From the human T2T-CHM13v2.0 reference genome, Homo sapiens, in the NCBI RefSeq assembly GCF_009914755.1, contig NC_060927.1: 64,000 nucleotides of DNA, one strand, 5' to 3'. The notes under the pieces were generated by a model. That model saw only the letters and a program-made list of their open reading frames with translations, was not told the DNA's origin and made no database searches. Positions 49,791 through 64,000 of the stretch are shown in pieces. The number at the start of each line of letters is the position of its first letter. The stretch's first letter is position 1. A program made the translations under genes and the position numbers.

Positions 49791-51700
49791 CTGTCTCTTA
49801 TCTGGGCAAGCTTTAGACATACTAGCTTGGTTGGAAACTGATATTAAAAGCCTAAAACATGTAACTTTTCTTATCAGGTTACTATCATGGGGAACTAAAG
49901 ATTCCTGGTTTTTTGTATGTTCCATAACTATACTTTAGTAAGCCCTGATATACGGTGTTAATTTTTCTTCAGTGAAGGAAACATGAAGATATATTTATGT
50001 GCACACATACATATATATGTATATATAACGTATATTCAAACATGCACTCAGAGGAAGTTAGGGAGAGAAGTTTCTAGCTAAACATGATCTTGTGAAATTC
50101 TTCCATATGTGGAAAAGTCGTCAGTTCATCTGACATAGAGCAATACATACATATATACACACAGGATGCTATGTATACATTTATCCCACATTCATTTAAC
50201 CTCAAAACATAAAATAAATTCTTTTTATTCCTCCCTAAGCAAAAGCTAGGAATAACAACTCTATATACAGAATTCATCTTCTGGGGGCAACAGAGCAGGT
50301 TGGACCCCTTGCCTGTCTGTCAGAGTTCAAAGGGCTGCACATTGACTAATCTGTTGGTGAAAGTGCAAGGGAAGCAGAGCATCAATCAGAAAAGCTGGCC
50401 CTGCATTCACAGAGAGGGGCTCAGTGGGAGTACGGGATCCCACGGCCTCAAGCTGGTGCCCCAGGAGGGGCTGCTGTGACTGCTTCATTCTTCTGTTGGA
50501 CTGTGAGGCCCCACCAACTTCTTGTGGACTAAGCATAAAATGCAGAAGGAGGACAAAAGCAGGTGGGTTTTATGAAAAAAGAACTAGGGCCAGGAAACAC
50601 ATGGGCCTGGAGCTGTCACCTGCCTCCAGCCACAACATCGATGAGGACATAATTGCAGGGATGGCTGGAAATTCCCCTCTTTAAGGAATGCTCTTATAGG
50701 ATGCTGACTAATTCTACCTGAGAGCAGTACCCAAGGCTCAGGTGTATGCAGAATGGACAGAGGTAGGAGGTGAGAGAGCAAAAGCCCTGCTTTTCTTTTC
50801 TGAGCCAACTCTACCTTATGGCTCTTTTGCCTGTAGAAAGAGGGGAGAAGGGACATATTTAGGGACCAGAAATCTCAAAACCAAGGCAGTGAGTGCTGCA
50901 GCCTCTCTGAAGCAGAGTATAGGTTCAGTACTGTAAGCATCTGCCTATATGCAAGAATCCAGAATCCAAACACAGAAAGGAAAAGCAGATTCCTATCAAC
51001 CATTATAAATTAGGTCACTGGGATCATTTTACTGTATCTTAAAATACAATCTGTGTATCAGTTCTGTGACCAGAGTTTGAAGAGAAGGCCAAATCTAGGC
51101 ATGGGTTCTTTAGTAACCAAGAAATTTGATGGCTTATGGCAAAACAACATGTGTCCCAAGTAGAATTCTATGGGAATTTTCAGCAGAAAATGGAAGTGAA
51201 CATTCAATGCTCTGAAATATGTCCAATGGTACAAACACGCACTTTGGCTGAGAGCCAACACATGCTGGGACCACACAGTCATCAGGAGCAGCAGAGAAAG
51301 CACCAAGGATTACTATTTATATCCACAGACAGATTCTGGAAATTACCAAGTAGAGTGGATAATATTTAGGATTAGGGCAATCAATTTCCTAGGACAAGAT
51401 CCATAGAATGGACAGACACCTTAAAGTTCAGAATGCAATAGGGAAAACCTAGCTTCTACCACAGAAAAGTCACTCTCTGAAAGTACCCCTAGCACCCTGG
51501 CTGACCTGACAGCAGCCCTTAGCAGAATAAAGCATCCTCTGTTTTGCTCTGGGGGCATGGTTTGCTCCAGATCCTTACATGTTCAGAGGCTCAGGGGAGA
51601 GTGAGCAAGGGAATGTGAGTCTTGGCAATCCACTGCCAAGAACCCTCTGTGACCCAGAGCAGTTCCCCTCCCTCCCCGGGCCAGTCTCTCCACTACTTGA

Positions 51701-52200
<500 letters not shown>

Positions 52201-53974
52201 TGACATTTAATTCAATTTTGGAAAATAAACAAAATAGGATAAAATTTACTACAATTCCATGGGAAAGGGAAAAAGCACATTTGCACTCAAGAATAAGTGG
52301 ATCCATCATAGTTGTGCAATCATAAATACACGTGGTTGCATAGATGTATCCAAGGGGTTTGCCACCAATGTATAGTACTCAGAGACTCAGGATTTCATCT
52401 GGGGCCTGTTGACTTTCAGTTTTGTGACTCTGGATCATTAACAACCTCTGAGTTTCTTTATTTATGCAATGGGGATACTTCCATCTGCCCTTCCTACTTC
52501 CCGAAGCTACTATGGGAGCAGTTCATTCAACAGACATTTACAGAGTACCTCGTAAGGGCCAGACATGTGTGAACATGGGACAAAGAATCTGAATATAAAA
52601 TGTGAAATTCAACCAAATTTTTCTGTAACTGATCACATAAGTATCATGTCTCCATGCTCCTAAACTCATAGCCCTCATTTAGAAGTTGGTTTTCTGTAAG
52701 TAAAATGTGAAATTTAAAATTTAAATACTATCAGAAAGTCTCAAAGGTGGTCAAAATCCCTCGAGCTCTCCAACACCTATGAGCGAGTATTTGCATTCAA
52801 TGAAGGAGGAAGAGGAGAGAAGAGTTTTCTCTTGGGCTTTCAAAAGTGGCCACCTATTCTGAGGTTTCCAGCCCCAAAATATTTAGGTTCTTTGCCATTT
52901 AGGCCCTTCCCAACTAGAATCAGAGCGGCAAGTGCTTTAACACATAGAAGTACATTTTGCACAAACAAGCAGTGAGATCAGGGTCCTTGAAGACCTAACA
53001 CCCAACCCAAGACCCGGGAAGAGAAATGTGAGTCCTAGATGCACAAAGGGTAGCCTGCATGGTGCCTGGCATTTTAAGTTGGCTGGGGTGTGGACCTCAT
53101 GCTGATGCTGTGCTTTTCTTATTCACCAGGTTAGTCTATACCTGGGAGCCAATGGAATGAGCTTAATAAAATATGACTTTTACTGGGACAGTAAAACTTG
53201 TATGATGCCTAGAAAAAGGAAAGTAGAAAGACTTGGTATCACTGATATGTTTTAAGGCAGAGAAGGAGATGCTATTTAAAGAAAATGACAGATGAGACTG
53301 ATGACAACAGATACAGAGAACATTTAGGAAAAGCTGAATTTCTACTTGGCTTTGTGAAATCAATCTTGGTAACCTAAGAAAAATCTCTAATGTGTCTCCA
53401 GCATGTTTCATTTACTCTTTGGACTTTATTGTTTCTCAAAACACACCAGCAGCTTGTGTCATGGGAAATATTTGTTGTCTGCCCCCATGGCCACTTCTTG
53501 CTTTGAAGGATTTCCCAAGTCATTACTGGGATTTGTCTAGATATTCTACTTGGACATATTCAATGGCTGTGACCATCCTGGGGGTCACAGCCCACCAGCT
53601 ATTAAATGCTTCTCTCTCAGGTAGGGGGCTAGATTCTTGAGCTGCCACACTGCACTGACTTCTCTTACATCTTCTCCAAATCTTCCCACCCCCTCAGTAA
53701 TCCCTCAAGGGCTGTGTATTTATGACTATTCTTGATATCCTGGGTCCTCAACCTTAATGACTCCCTTAGTTTAGATCTACTGGGTTATTGGTGGGATCAC
53801 TCTTTCTCAGATATTATTGCCTTTAAGAAGGTATCCCAGGAAATGAATGGAAGAGGCACTTCCATTTTCGGTTGTGCAAAGCAAGAAGCTGCCGGAAAAT
53901 CCCACCTTCTGATAAAAAATACTGCTGGAAACTGGATCAGTCATGTTATAAAATGGGTAGTCTCTTTTTTCACC

Positions 53975-54258
53975 TGATACTCTGAGAACAATATTTCTTA
54001 CAGCACAGATGTTACTTGAAAGAAAAAAGAAATCTACAATCAAATAAGTCTGGGAAATACTGGATTAAATTAAATTGGGGAGCTTTCTTTCTTATATGAC
54101 TTTTTAGATCCTTTGATCTACTAATTGCCCCAGGACGCTCGAAGATAGAGTTGTAATATGGAGCACTTTCACAAAATACTTTGCCCAGAGAATCTTTGTT
54201 TCAAGGCTTTCCTCATGGGACTAATGTTCTAAAAGTTACTTTGGGAAATGCTAGTCTA
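53975..54258. mobile_element. MER103-like hAT-Charlie remnant
   Basis: caaataagtctgggaaatactggattaaa...actttgggaaatgctagtctag. Confidence 0.55.
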
Positions 54259-56156
54259 GACTTATAATACTTGGATTCAGTTTCTCTTAAGGAGCAAGAA
54301 AAATCATAGTGAAGGAGAAAGAAACATGGAAGAAATGGAAAAAGAATATAATTCTGTAAGTACCTGGCAATACTCACGTAATTGAATTACCTAAGGTAAA
54401 ACGAGTTTTTCTGGAAAAGTAACAAGGCAAATGATTTTTCATATTTCTCCATTTTCATGTGTTCTGATCTCTTAATAAAGTTCAAGAGGCAATATCAACA
54501 TTTTGTAGCCCTTCTTCCATAAGTCATTGTTGGTCAAGCCTTTAAGGCCACAGGAAGGCCAGGGCTGGAAGATTCACAGAAAGGGAATCAGGAATCCCTG
54601 AAAGAGACCTTTCCCCTTTAAGTCAGGTCAGCTAACATTATGTACATTATGAACATTTAGTTAAAATCTCATCCACATCACCCCATTATTAGGACTCTCA
54701 TGCTTTCATATGGCTGTCATTTTTCTCCTAAGAAGAAACATATACTCATATGTACCCTGTATCTATTAGTGTATGTGGTCTACACAATTAAGTGTAGGGT
54801 TTGTAATCAATTGGGAAAGATAACTATTGATAACTATTATCCATTGATAACGACTTTATTCTGGGACTTAGATTTATAACAGTACATATACTGATATATT
54901 AGTTATTGGTTACCAAATCTCAAATCTCCAGTATAGGACAAGGTATCATTCCACTAGACCTGGGATGCCCAGTCAAAAGGGGCATCCAGCTCAGGAGATA
55001 TAGCCATCTCCAGCACTGGTGCCAACCTACTCTCACACTAGGGTTCCTTGCTTAATCTCTCCTTCTCTAATTAAAAAAGTCTAGCAAAGGAGCCTTACTG
55101 ACTTGATGACTTCAATTTAAAACCACAAAAATATCCTTGTGGTCAAGGGTATTTTACTTTCACAGTGACCCCCACTGCAGAATAAGTTTCTAAGGTATGG
55201 GCCCCTAATTAAGTTGGAGCTACCTTTTATCTGCCTTGTTCTGATTGACATGAACCAGAAAAGAATTGAACAAGACATCAGACAACCTGGATTCTTATTC
55301 TAGGACTAGACAGCAAATGCCTTGAAGACAGGGGTTCTGTCCATCATGCTCTTCCCCAAGTGCCACATAGTGGCTGCCATGGAATTAGGTTAGGAACTCG
55401 GAACAGGATTCCAGCCTATTCACCCACTTCCCGGGCTCCAGATTTCTCATCTGGAGAAGGCGATGAGGTTAACTGCCTCTATGTCCATGGGTTGCTTAGA
55501 GTGTTCACTGAGATGGTGGATGTGAAAGTGAAAGACCATCACCATCTTCCTAACAGTAGCAGTGAGAAACATGTGCCAAAGGTCTCAACAACGTGGCTTA
55601 GCCAGACACTCTTCAAGGAATGCTAACTCTTCTGGGAAGGACACCACCCTATGACAAACTCTAGTGTCAGTGGACAAACATAAGAGTCAGTCAAGTGGAC
55701 AAGACACCCTAGTTTGTGATTACACCTCTCTGGAAAAGTAGCAGGAGCCTAGCTTTTGTAAGAAATACCATTCACAAAGCAGATAGATGTGCTCTAGTGC
55801 CTCATTCCCAGTAGAACATATGAGCATATGTGTCTCTGTGATGAGACAAGCTGGTTTGTTATCTCAGCAGGTCCCTGGATGACCTACTCCCCTGACTTGG
55901 CTCCAAATCCTTCTTTCTACTCTTATGGTACTCTCTGTTTTTGTCTCTCTGTTGGGGTTTGAGTGGGGGAACTCAGGATGGTCTTCTAGCATGTGTGGCT
56001 CAGAATGAATGGCCAAAGTGGGGACTGCAGGCTCCCACCAATAAAACCTCATACTCACCCTATCTGGGAGAATGCCAAGGAGAAAAAGGCAGGGACCAGG
56101 AATGAGAACGAGTTGGTTTAGTTAGCAGGATGCCAGGTCTACTGGAGCAGGCAGAG

Positions 56157-56200
56157 GTGGGGAGGTGGTAGTGGTGGTGGTGGTGATGGTGAAGGGTGGT
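56157..56200. repeat. Imperfect (GGT)n repeat
   Basis: Direct reading. Confidence 0.85.
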
Positions 56201-57565
56201 AATTGAATAAATAAAACCAAAACACAGACATACAAGATAATGACATGAAATTGACACCTCTCTCCACATTTCAGATCTCCAAATCAAGAGCAATATTTTG
56301 GGAGCTAAAACATGAAATCATGCCCTGTCTGTACTTGGCTTCGGAAATCTAGATTTTTTTCTGTGTGAACACCTTCAGCAATGTTGGGGTCTCGGAGGGC
56401 AAAAGCTTCCAGGTACAAAGGTCAGGTCAAGCTCAGGGGCTGGGGAGCCTCCTGGTGCTGGCTGCCTCACTGCACAGCTCCCAGGAGAACTTCTAATGCT
56501 GTGTTCTATATAAACAGCTCCCCCAGGACTTGTACTCCAGGTAAAACATCTTGGAAACTTCAAATCTTAACCTCTTTGGGATGCTAGCAACAGGAGGTGA
56601 AAAGGAAACAGAGCCACGTGAAAAGTTTTCGGAGCATCACAAGTACCTCCTCCCCCAGCAAACAATTAAACTGCCTCTTCACACAGGTAATTCTGACAAC
56701 CCCTCACCCTGCCATATCCAAAGGAGTGCATACTTATCCAGATGGTTCTATTTTGTTACCTATTGCTCCCATCTATGGAAATGTATCAGTTACACTAGGA
56801 TCACCAAAAACGGGGGCAGGGGGAGGCAGGAATCTTAGTACAACAAAGTAAGAAATATTGCTCATATTGACTATATTATCCTGCTAGTTTGCATTTAATT
56901 TCCTAATTTCCATAAAATTCACCTTCAAGAGTTTTAATACTAAACATTGTAAATAGTTTTTGCATTTGGTGGGTGAATGTAAATATTGCTGTAAAACCAC
57001 AGGCGGTTTTTGTTTTTGTCAATCCATCTTTTCACATGCGTTACTTAGTCAAGGGAGGAGATAGGGTCCAAATCAAATAAACCAGACTCCTTGACTTCAC
57101 TGGCTAAAACGCAGGCAAAACGGATTTCTCTCCTTGTTGTTTTACCTCACCATTAATTTGCATCACTAAAGAATTTTCTAGGAAAGTGCTCAGCGAACTC
57201 AAGGCTTCTCTGGTTGCCAAGCTCATGGAAACAAAGTGCTTTCTCTTAAAACTCTGAAAGAGACATTCCAAAGTAACCCGCCATGAGATACCGAGCCAGC
57301 AATAGACTACATATCTATGAAAGAAGAAAGGAGGGGAGGAAAGAAAATGCATAACATAAACAAGAAAAGACAAAACCTTAAAGAGGAAGGAGAAAGAAAA
57401 ACATTTAGATTCCTTGACTGATGGAAATAAATACCAAAGCTATTAGTTTCAGTTCAAAGAACGTATCACTTTATGATGTTTATTATTTCTTGAGGATTAT
57501 TTATTTTATCTTAAAATATCTAAAGGGTAAAAGGGGTCTTGGAGGTAAGCAGCGATGAAACTGAC

Positions 57566-57700
57566 CTGGTCCGGAGAGGGCCTGTGATTGGAATGTTGCG
57601 ACCTCCCAGGAGATCGATGGTGGTGGTGATGGTGGTGGTGGTGGTAATGGTGATGGTCATCATCATAGTTGTCTGCCATCAACTTCATTCTGTTCTGGGT
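57566..57700 (-). CDS. ERC2: ERC2 penultimate coding exon (135 nt, phase 0/0), 45 aa including the poly-His tract
   Basis: Minus strand reads ttctgcacag|ACCCAGAAC...CCGGACCAG|gtcagt. The translation TQNRMKLMADNYDDDHHHYHHHHHHHHHRSPGRSQHSNHRPSPDQ lies within ORF 57506..57754 and matches the known ERC2/CAST1 C-terminal region. Confidence 0.97.
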
Positions 57701-58529
57701 CTGTGCAGAACAAAAACCAAGGAAGATTCCATCAGGAGCCAGAAGATCAGTCAAAGAGATTCAGGGCATAATTACAGTACCTATAGGGATCCCTTTGTTC
57801 CTAATTCAGGAATTTTCACTGTTAGTCAAGTTGAAACTTAATAAAGAAAGCACCATGACATTAACTTTGGTGAAAAGAGCTCTGTCACATCCTTAAAGCT
57901 ATTATGTTACATCTGTAAATGTTAATGTACTTCCTTCTTGTGATTTAAAAGGGAAAAAATGGACATACTCTAAGGTGCTTTGCTTTACATTATCAAGCAA
58001 TCACAGAGATCCAAGGTGAGCTTGCAATTGCAACAATTATGACTGAGACTCTAGACCAACACTCTAGAGCAAGCTGGAGATGGAAGTCCTGTATGGAAAG
58101 ATGGGAAGGGCTGGGTAGAAACACAGAACTACAGATAAACAATGGTCTCACAAGACAAGGCAGAAAAATCCACTTGAACGCTGCCAAATGCAAAAATACT
58201 GATGGAGATGGTTTACTGCTATGATGACTTCTTGGGAAATGGCTCTCTACGGACATTTTAACCGATTTTGTTCCTTAAGGGAACTGAGCAAAAGGTACAA
58301 AGTCAATGGGAAAAGAACTGACCACTCTAATTTACAATCCACGATGCCTGTCACATGAGGCAACTTGGAGTCATGGTTAAACCCCCAATGCAATAGAAGT
58401 GTACTGCTTTATTATGCAGGGCAAGAAATGGACCAGTGATGAGTTGGCCTGACAGGCTCTCAGAATCTAGAAAAATGCCTAAAGACCACGGGAAAAAAGC
58501 AGACAAAATTATCCAGCTCAGAAAGTCAG

Positions 58530-58745
58530 GAAATGAGGGTTTGAGGACAGACCTGCCTGGATTCAAGTCCTGGCTCCACCTCTTTGCTGGTTATGTGAAC
58601 CTAAGAGAGTAAACTATTTATAAACCTTAATTTCCTCAACTCTAAAATGAGAGGAATAGTGCCTCTTTCCTCGGGGTTGCCGCTAGGAGCGAATGATACG
58701 ATGGACTTCAAGTGTCAGTCCAGTAACTGGCAATGAAAGTCAAAT
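58530..58745 (+). mobile_element. MIR SINE
   Basis: cagacctgcctggattcaagtcctggctccacc...tttcctcaactctaaaatgaga. Confidence 0.8.
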
Positions 58746-61329
58746 GCTGTCATTACTATAGTTACTGCTGTTGTTGTTTGCTGTAAGACATTTTTCCTCC
58801 TTTGTATGTGCTGCTTCCTTTGCTTGCAATGCCTCCCTAGCCCCCTTTCTTCACCTTTAACTTCTATGTCTGGCTAACTCAAACTATTTAATCTAGGAGC
58901 CTTTTCCTCACCCTGTCCTGGAGGCTGGGTGACACGTGCCTCCTGCATACCATGGCTCTATAACCACAGATTTATCCGTCCGTATGTCTGTAGACCTTGA
59001 AGCTATTTCTTTCATCTGCCTCTCCCTAGAATCTCGCATAGGGCCTAGCAGATGTAGATATATAATACATGCTGCTGTAATGAGTGACCAAAAGAATGAA
59101 GGGGCCATGATTTTGAGGGATGCTGCCATCCTAGAGACAAGCTACATGTTTGTTTTCAGCAGGGAAGGTCACGGAGAGTTGAGGACATTTCATGAGTTGC
59201 CATAACAATCCCACTGGTGGCTCAAGATGACAATGAACCAACAATACTTTCAGAGAGCCAGAAGTCAGTGGTTGGCAGAGCCTCCAACCAGTTGGAGTTT
59301 TATTATGTAATATAAATAATACACTGACAATAAAGAAAAGTCTGGACCTAACATTGTGCATTCTTAATAGTATTTTTCACATACAATCTAACTTATTCTC
59401 AATACTTTCCCAGGAGCAATTATTACTATCCTCATTTGGCAGCTAGAAAAGTAAGGTGTAGATTTCAGCCCCAAGAGTCTCTTTCTTGACATAGAACATG
59501 GAGATTTTCTGGGTCATCCAATTCTCAATCTCTAGGCTTTTTTCCTTGTCTTGCTGCTAGCAGAAAAGGCAAACAGCTAAACAGGTAGAAAGAACTTTCC
59601 CATAAAATGCTTTGATTCTGTTAAGTTTTGGAAACACCTCACATCCCAATTCTATCTGCCAGAGGATGTCTTATGATTTACTCACTCCATTTTTAAAAAT
59701 GTGTACAATATTTGAAAGGCCCCAAAGTGAATGTTAAAAAAAAACTGTCTATATGAATAAAAACAATAAAAATAGAGGGAAAGAGCCACTTAAAATTAAA
59801 TAAAAAATCCCAGGCAACCTCTGGCAGCTGAGAGCATTTCCATCCTTCACTTGTCCACTTAAAGTGTCAGAAGACCCAATGGGCAAGTTATGCCTTGTGA
59901 GAAAGAGCAGGTCAGTGGAGCTGCTGCAGACTAAGTACTGAGATTCCCCTCAGCCAGCCTGCCATTGCACATGAGATTCTGAAATTTGGCGTTTACACCT
60001 AAAATTCCAGTATTGTCAGGATCCTGTACTTTTGAACTCATGAACTAATAAATCTGGAATTGTTTCTTCTAAATAGAATTCTGAGAGCCTGAGGGGAGCT
60101 GTAAGATCTGCTGTGGGCAAGAAGGAAGGGACTCGCTCAAGAATGAAGGATGGAGCCTAAATGAACAAATAATAATTCTGCTATTGTAAACATCGTAATA
60201 TCCTCATCCTTTGGGGAAGCTCCTGTGATTTTATGAGATTATTTTCTTACCAGCAACAAGCCTAAAGTTCCCTACCTTTGAACTGTATCCCATAAAAGAA
60301 TGTACAAGCTAAACAAGATGCTATATGCAGTCCTAAATGTGTCTGCTAAAATGAGGTGTTGGAGAGTAGGCATGTCATGGGATAAAGACTGTAAATGAAT
60401 GATGTCATCTTTCCAATTTGGTGCTGAAATATAAATAAACCACGTTGTTCATGTGAATACCAGATCTGGGGGAAATGTACACAGAGCAATTGTGAGCGGA
60501 AGAGGCTTCTTTTGATTAGTCTGGGCTGGAAGAGAAGAGTGTGAAACAGAGATGAAAAATGAGAGTTTGGTCTGATACTCTAGACCGTTTTTATTTATCT
60601 TGCTTGTAACATATCCCCTAAACTGTGACCGATTTCTTACCGGCTAGTTGCTGGTGTTCTCTCCTATAAAAACAGTTTGACCAATCTTGATCCTTTAATT
60701 GTCAAATTTAAAATGGATCTCTTTTAAATTTCTTTTTTTTAAGTCTGCACTATCTAGCTTCATCCCCACCCAATTATACCGGTTTACACATAGACAAGGG
60801 TCTGGAAGGACAGGAAGTCACAAATAACACTCCCTAACAGTCAATGAAAGAAAAACTACAGAAATTTGTAACAAGGATTGGACAGGGATACTGTTTGTTC
60901 AAATAACTCTAGGCCAACTTACCAGGTGATCCCATACATAATGGTCCACAGCCCTGTAGCCTCAGATGCTTGAGGTGCCCGCTGAAAAGCCTGAAGCAGC
61001 AAATCTTCTGGGCAGGCAAAACTAAACACCCAGGAATACTAATATAGAGTTGGAGAGGGATTGCTTTCCACAGCATAGCACTTAGGAACTCAGGGACTCA
61101 TTTAGCGATTCACTGAGGCCCATTTTTATTTCCTTTGCGGTGTCTACCAAACTGCTGACCAGACACCTTTGCCTTTGGCTAACTGTGTTATACTCTTTTT
61201 ACTATATTACGTCATGACTGTGGAGACAAATCTAATCAGATTTCATTTTCTACTTCCTCTTTCTTCAAGGCGCCACCTTATTTCTCTGGGGCCATCGCCT
61301 CCTAACAGCTCTCCTGCTGCACTCTCACC

Positions 61330-61890
61330 TCCCATTGAACACATTCCATAGCCAGAGTGACATCAGATTTCTGTTCCTCCCTGGATTCAAGTTCTTGGGA
61401 GGCTCCCGCCACACTCAGGAAAACAGCCTGGGTCTTTGACATGCTTAGGCATCTCTTGCTAGGTGACTGCTAGTTACTTCCAGAGTTACACCTCCCAGTC
61501 TCCTTGTCCCAGCCTTGGGACATGCTGTTCTCTCTCTCGGTCCTGCTCTTCATGCTCTACCCCTTAAACCTGAGTTATATCCATTAGTTCTCTGGTCTTA
61601 GCTTCAATGCCATCATCTCCAGAGACAACTTTCCTAAGCCCGCCTCTTCCACTGCTTTCAGCAGAATCCTGTAGCCACCCCCCTGGGTCTCTGCCATCAC
61701 AGAACTTATCTGAACCAATGGTAACTAACTGCAGGTTCACTTGGCTTTCTCCACCACTAGGTTGAAAATCTCTTGAGGGAAATACTATGTGTGGATTGCC
61801 CTTGCACTCTCCATCTAGTGCAGAGTCTCATGTCTTAGCTGTAAGTAAAAGTGTGTCAAAGTATATGAGTGTAAAAATGGATGGATGGAG
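61330..61890 (+). mobile_element. L2 LINE 3' region
   Basis: catagccagagtga...catgctgttctctct...tcttagcttcaatgccatcatctccagaga...ccactaggttgaaaatctcttgaggg. Confidence 0.7.
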
Positions 61891-63029
61891 AGGGCACACA
61901 GGCTACTGTGGAACACATAAGAGGGAAGATGGGAGTCTAGGATGAGCCAGTTGAGTATTTAACTTTTGATGTGGCAGTTTAACTTTTCCTGTTTATTTGT
62001 TTTTGTTTGTTGTAATTCTTGGGAGTGGCGAAGGAAGAGTATGTGCATAGCTTTGGAGCTGTTAGGCAAGTCGAATTGGTCTTCTTCAAGAAATATGCCA
62101 TTCCTTAGCTAATTGGACCCAGTGCAATACTCTACCACCTCCCTGATTACTTACCTCACTAAGAATAAGGGGTGTTGGGGTGTTATTAGTTTCATTTCTT
62201 ACTATCCCCTAGCGTTTGGGGGAGCAGGAGCCTTTAGAAAACCTCTGTTAGTGCCAAAAGTCAAACATGGAAAACTGAAACTTTATCCATTAACTAAAAT
62301 ATCTGATGAGCACCATCTGTGAAAAGGTGCCAGATACTCCAACTCTTTTGACATTTCTGAAGAGTTTATCCAAGGAGCTCTTGAAACAAAATGAAAATCC
62401 TTGATCGACTAGTAATAGACTCAATAGCCTAATGGCAATATGGAGTGATAAACACATTGAATTAAAACTGCTTTTAAAAATATTTTAGTAAGGTGGCAAT
62501 AACAAACTTTGCTTTGATCAGTCATCTGGATCAAGTTAACAATAAAACCTTCATGAATACGGTTTAAATAGAAAAAAATATAATAAGATCTGTTGCTATG
62601 GGATATGGAGATAATACTGTACAATAGCAATTACTGTTTTATTCTATCAGGCTTTCTTTTCTGTCCCTGTTTCCCACTAGGGAAATCCCAAACGTTCAGG
62701 AACTCTTCTACTGTCTTGTTTCCACCTAATCAAAGCAAGGTGAACAGCTCTTGTCTCCAAGTAAAAGATGAGCAAACCAGACAAGAATGGGATGGCTAGG
62801 AGAGGAGAGATTTCCTGACCATCCACTAGACTCACATAGCAATGAATCATAATTGAGTAGAATCTAAGTTGCAGCACTCAGGTCACAGTTGGAGGACAAA
62901 ATGAAGCCAGAGGATGCAGAAGCTATTAAAGGAATGCGCGGCATTGGGGAACTTTCTGGGAGTATGTAAGAATAAATGATGTAAAGGCTTCTACTGTGGA
63001 CACTGCACTGAAATTCACTCAACGCTTAC

Positions 63030-63230
63030 TGAACATCTGCAACTGCAATGATGCCAAGAATAATTATGTGCCAGGCTAAGTGTTTGGCCAGCATTCTCCT
63101 GCTGAATCCTCACTCCTGAGATGGCTATTCTTGGGGCCCTCTTTGACAGATGAGGAAACTAAGCCCATAACTATTCAGCTAGTGAGTAGAAGAACAGAAC
63201 TCAAACCCAGATGTCTGACTCCAGAGTCCT
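63030..63230 (-). mobile_element. MIR SINE
   Basis: tatgtgccaggctaagtg...acagatgaggaaactaag...cagctagtgagtag...aactcaaacccagatgtctgactccagag. Confidence 0.85.
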
Positions 63231-64000
63231 ACAGCAGTGTCATGAAGGGTAAGGTCCACTCCAGGTGCAGGGGTGAGGCAAAGATGAATAGGACATGAGG
63301 AAATAGAAGCCTGACTATAAAACCGTATAAGAAGAGGAGGAGGAGAGAAGGGTATGGTTTAAATGGATGTTCAGAGGCAACAGATCCCCTCCAGCTGAGG
63401 GCAGAGGCATCAAATAAGGCTCCATGGGTCAAACGCCCCTTGAGTTAAGATTTGAAAGTTGGCTTGGCTATAGGTATAAGGAGAGTACACTGGGGAGATC
63501 GCACAGTAAAGTGGCCCTCTAATCACCTTGAGAGGAAAGCAGGTCAATGAGGGGAACTAGAACACCAAATGTGAGATATGCAAGTGTGTGTATGCGTGCG
63601 GGCTTCCTTCATTCCTTTACTGGATGTGGAAAGAGCAGGAAATGTATGTGAGATGAAAATTCACCACCTTATTTTTCAAAATAACATCAACCTGTGGCAT
63701 TTGGAAGGAATTTAAGACAGAGCCACAGCCATATACTCACCCATGTCACACTGTAACATCTCTGGGAAAATGGGCCAGGCTCTTGGCATCTGTGTGTTTA
63801 CAGATATCTACACAATCCACTGCTATAGCATCAGTCCTTCCCTGAGCACTAGTCTGATCTCCCCAAATTCATTCAGCTGATCCATCCTTCCTGCCCCTCC
63901 TCTATAGCAGAACAGAACACTGGTCGGACTCTCCCTCCCAACTTTGTTAAAGGTGGCTCTCTCTCTCGGTCCCTATTTACAGACAGAAATTTAGTAGATC

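Noticed and set aside
56060-56293. Second poly-His ORF resembling the ERC2 exon
   Set aside because: An intronic (CAC)n repeat with no flanking similarity to the exon.

Overview
Primate genomic DNA, almost certainly human, rich in Alu, MIR, L2 and MER elements. It lies inside the 3' part of ERC2 (CAST1/ELKS2, a presynaptic active-zone scaffold; chr3p14.3 from prior knowledge), transcribed on the minus strand. Two ERC2 exons are directly readable. The 135-nt exon at 57700-57566 encodes TQNRMKLMADNYDDDHHHYHHHHHHHHHRSPGRSQHSNHRPSPDQ. The 66-nt exon at 42066-42001 encodes DDEEGIWA* (the RIM PDZ ligand) plus 39 nt of 3'UTR. Everything else is intronic, and positions 1-42000 are a very long intron inside the 3'UTR that probably includes the ERC2-IT1 locus. 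The most striking unexplained structure is a 335-bp inverted duplication, 334/335 identical (24795-25129 and 25929-26263). Its TE fragments and templated junctions indicate that the 799-bp spacer was inverted, and it should form a long dsRNA hairpin in ERC2 pre-mRNA. Other candidates: a regulated splice/polyadenylation switch around the IWA exon (distal branch point, 84-nt AG-exclusion zone, intronic ATTAAA 28 nt after the donor), an alternative last exon that would remove the PDZ ligand, and several motif-dense enhancer candidates. TE subfamily calls and boundaries are by eye and approximate. No computation or database search was run.
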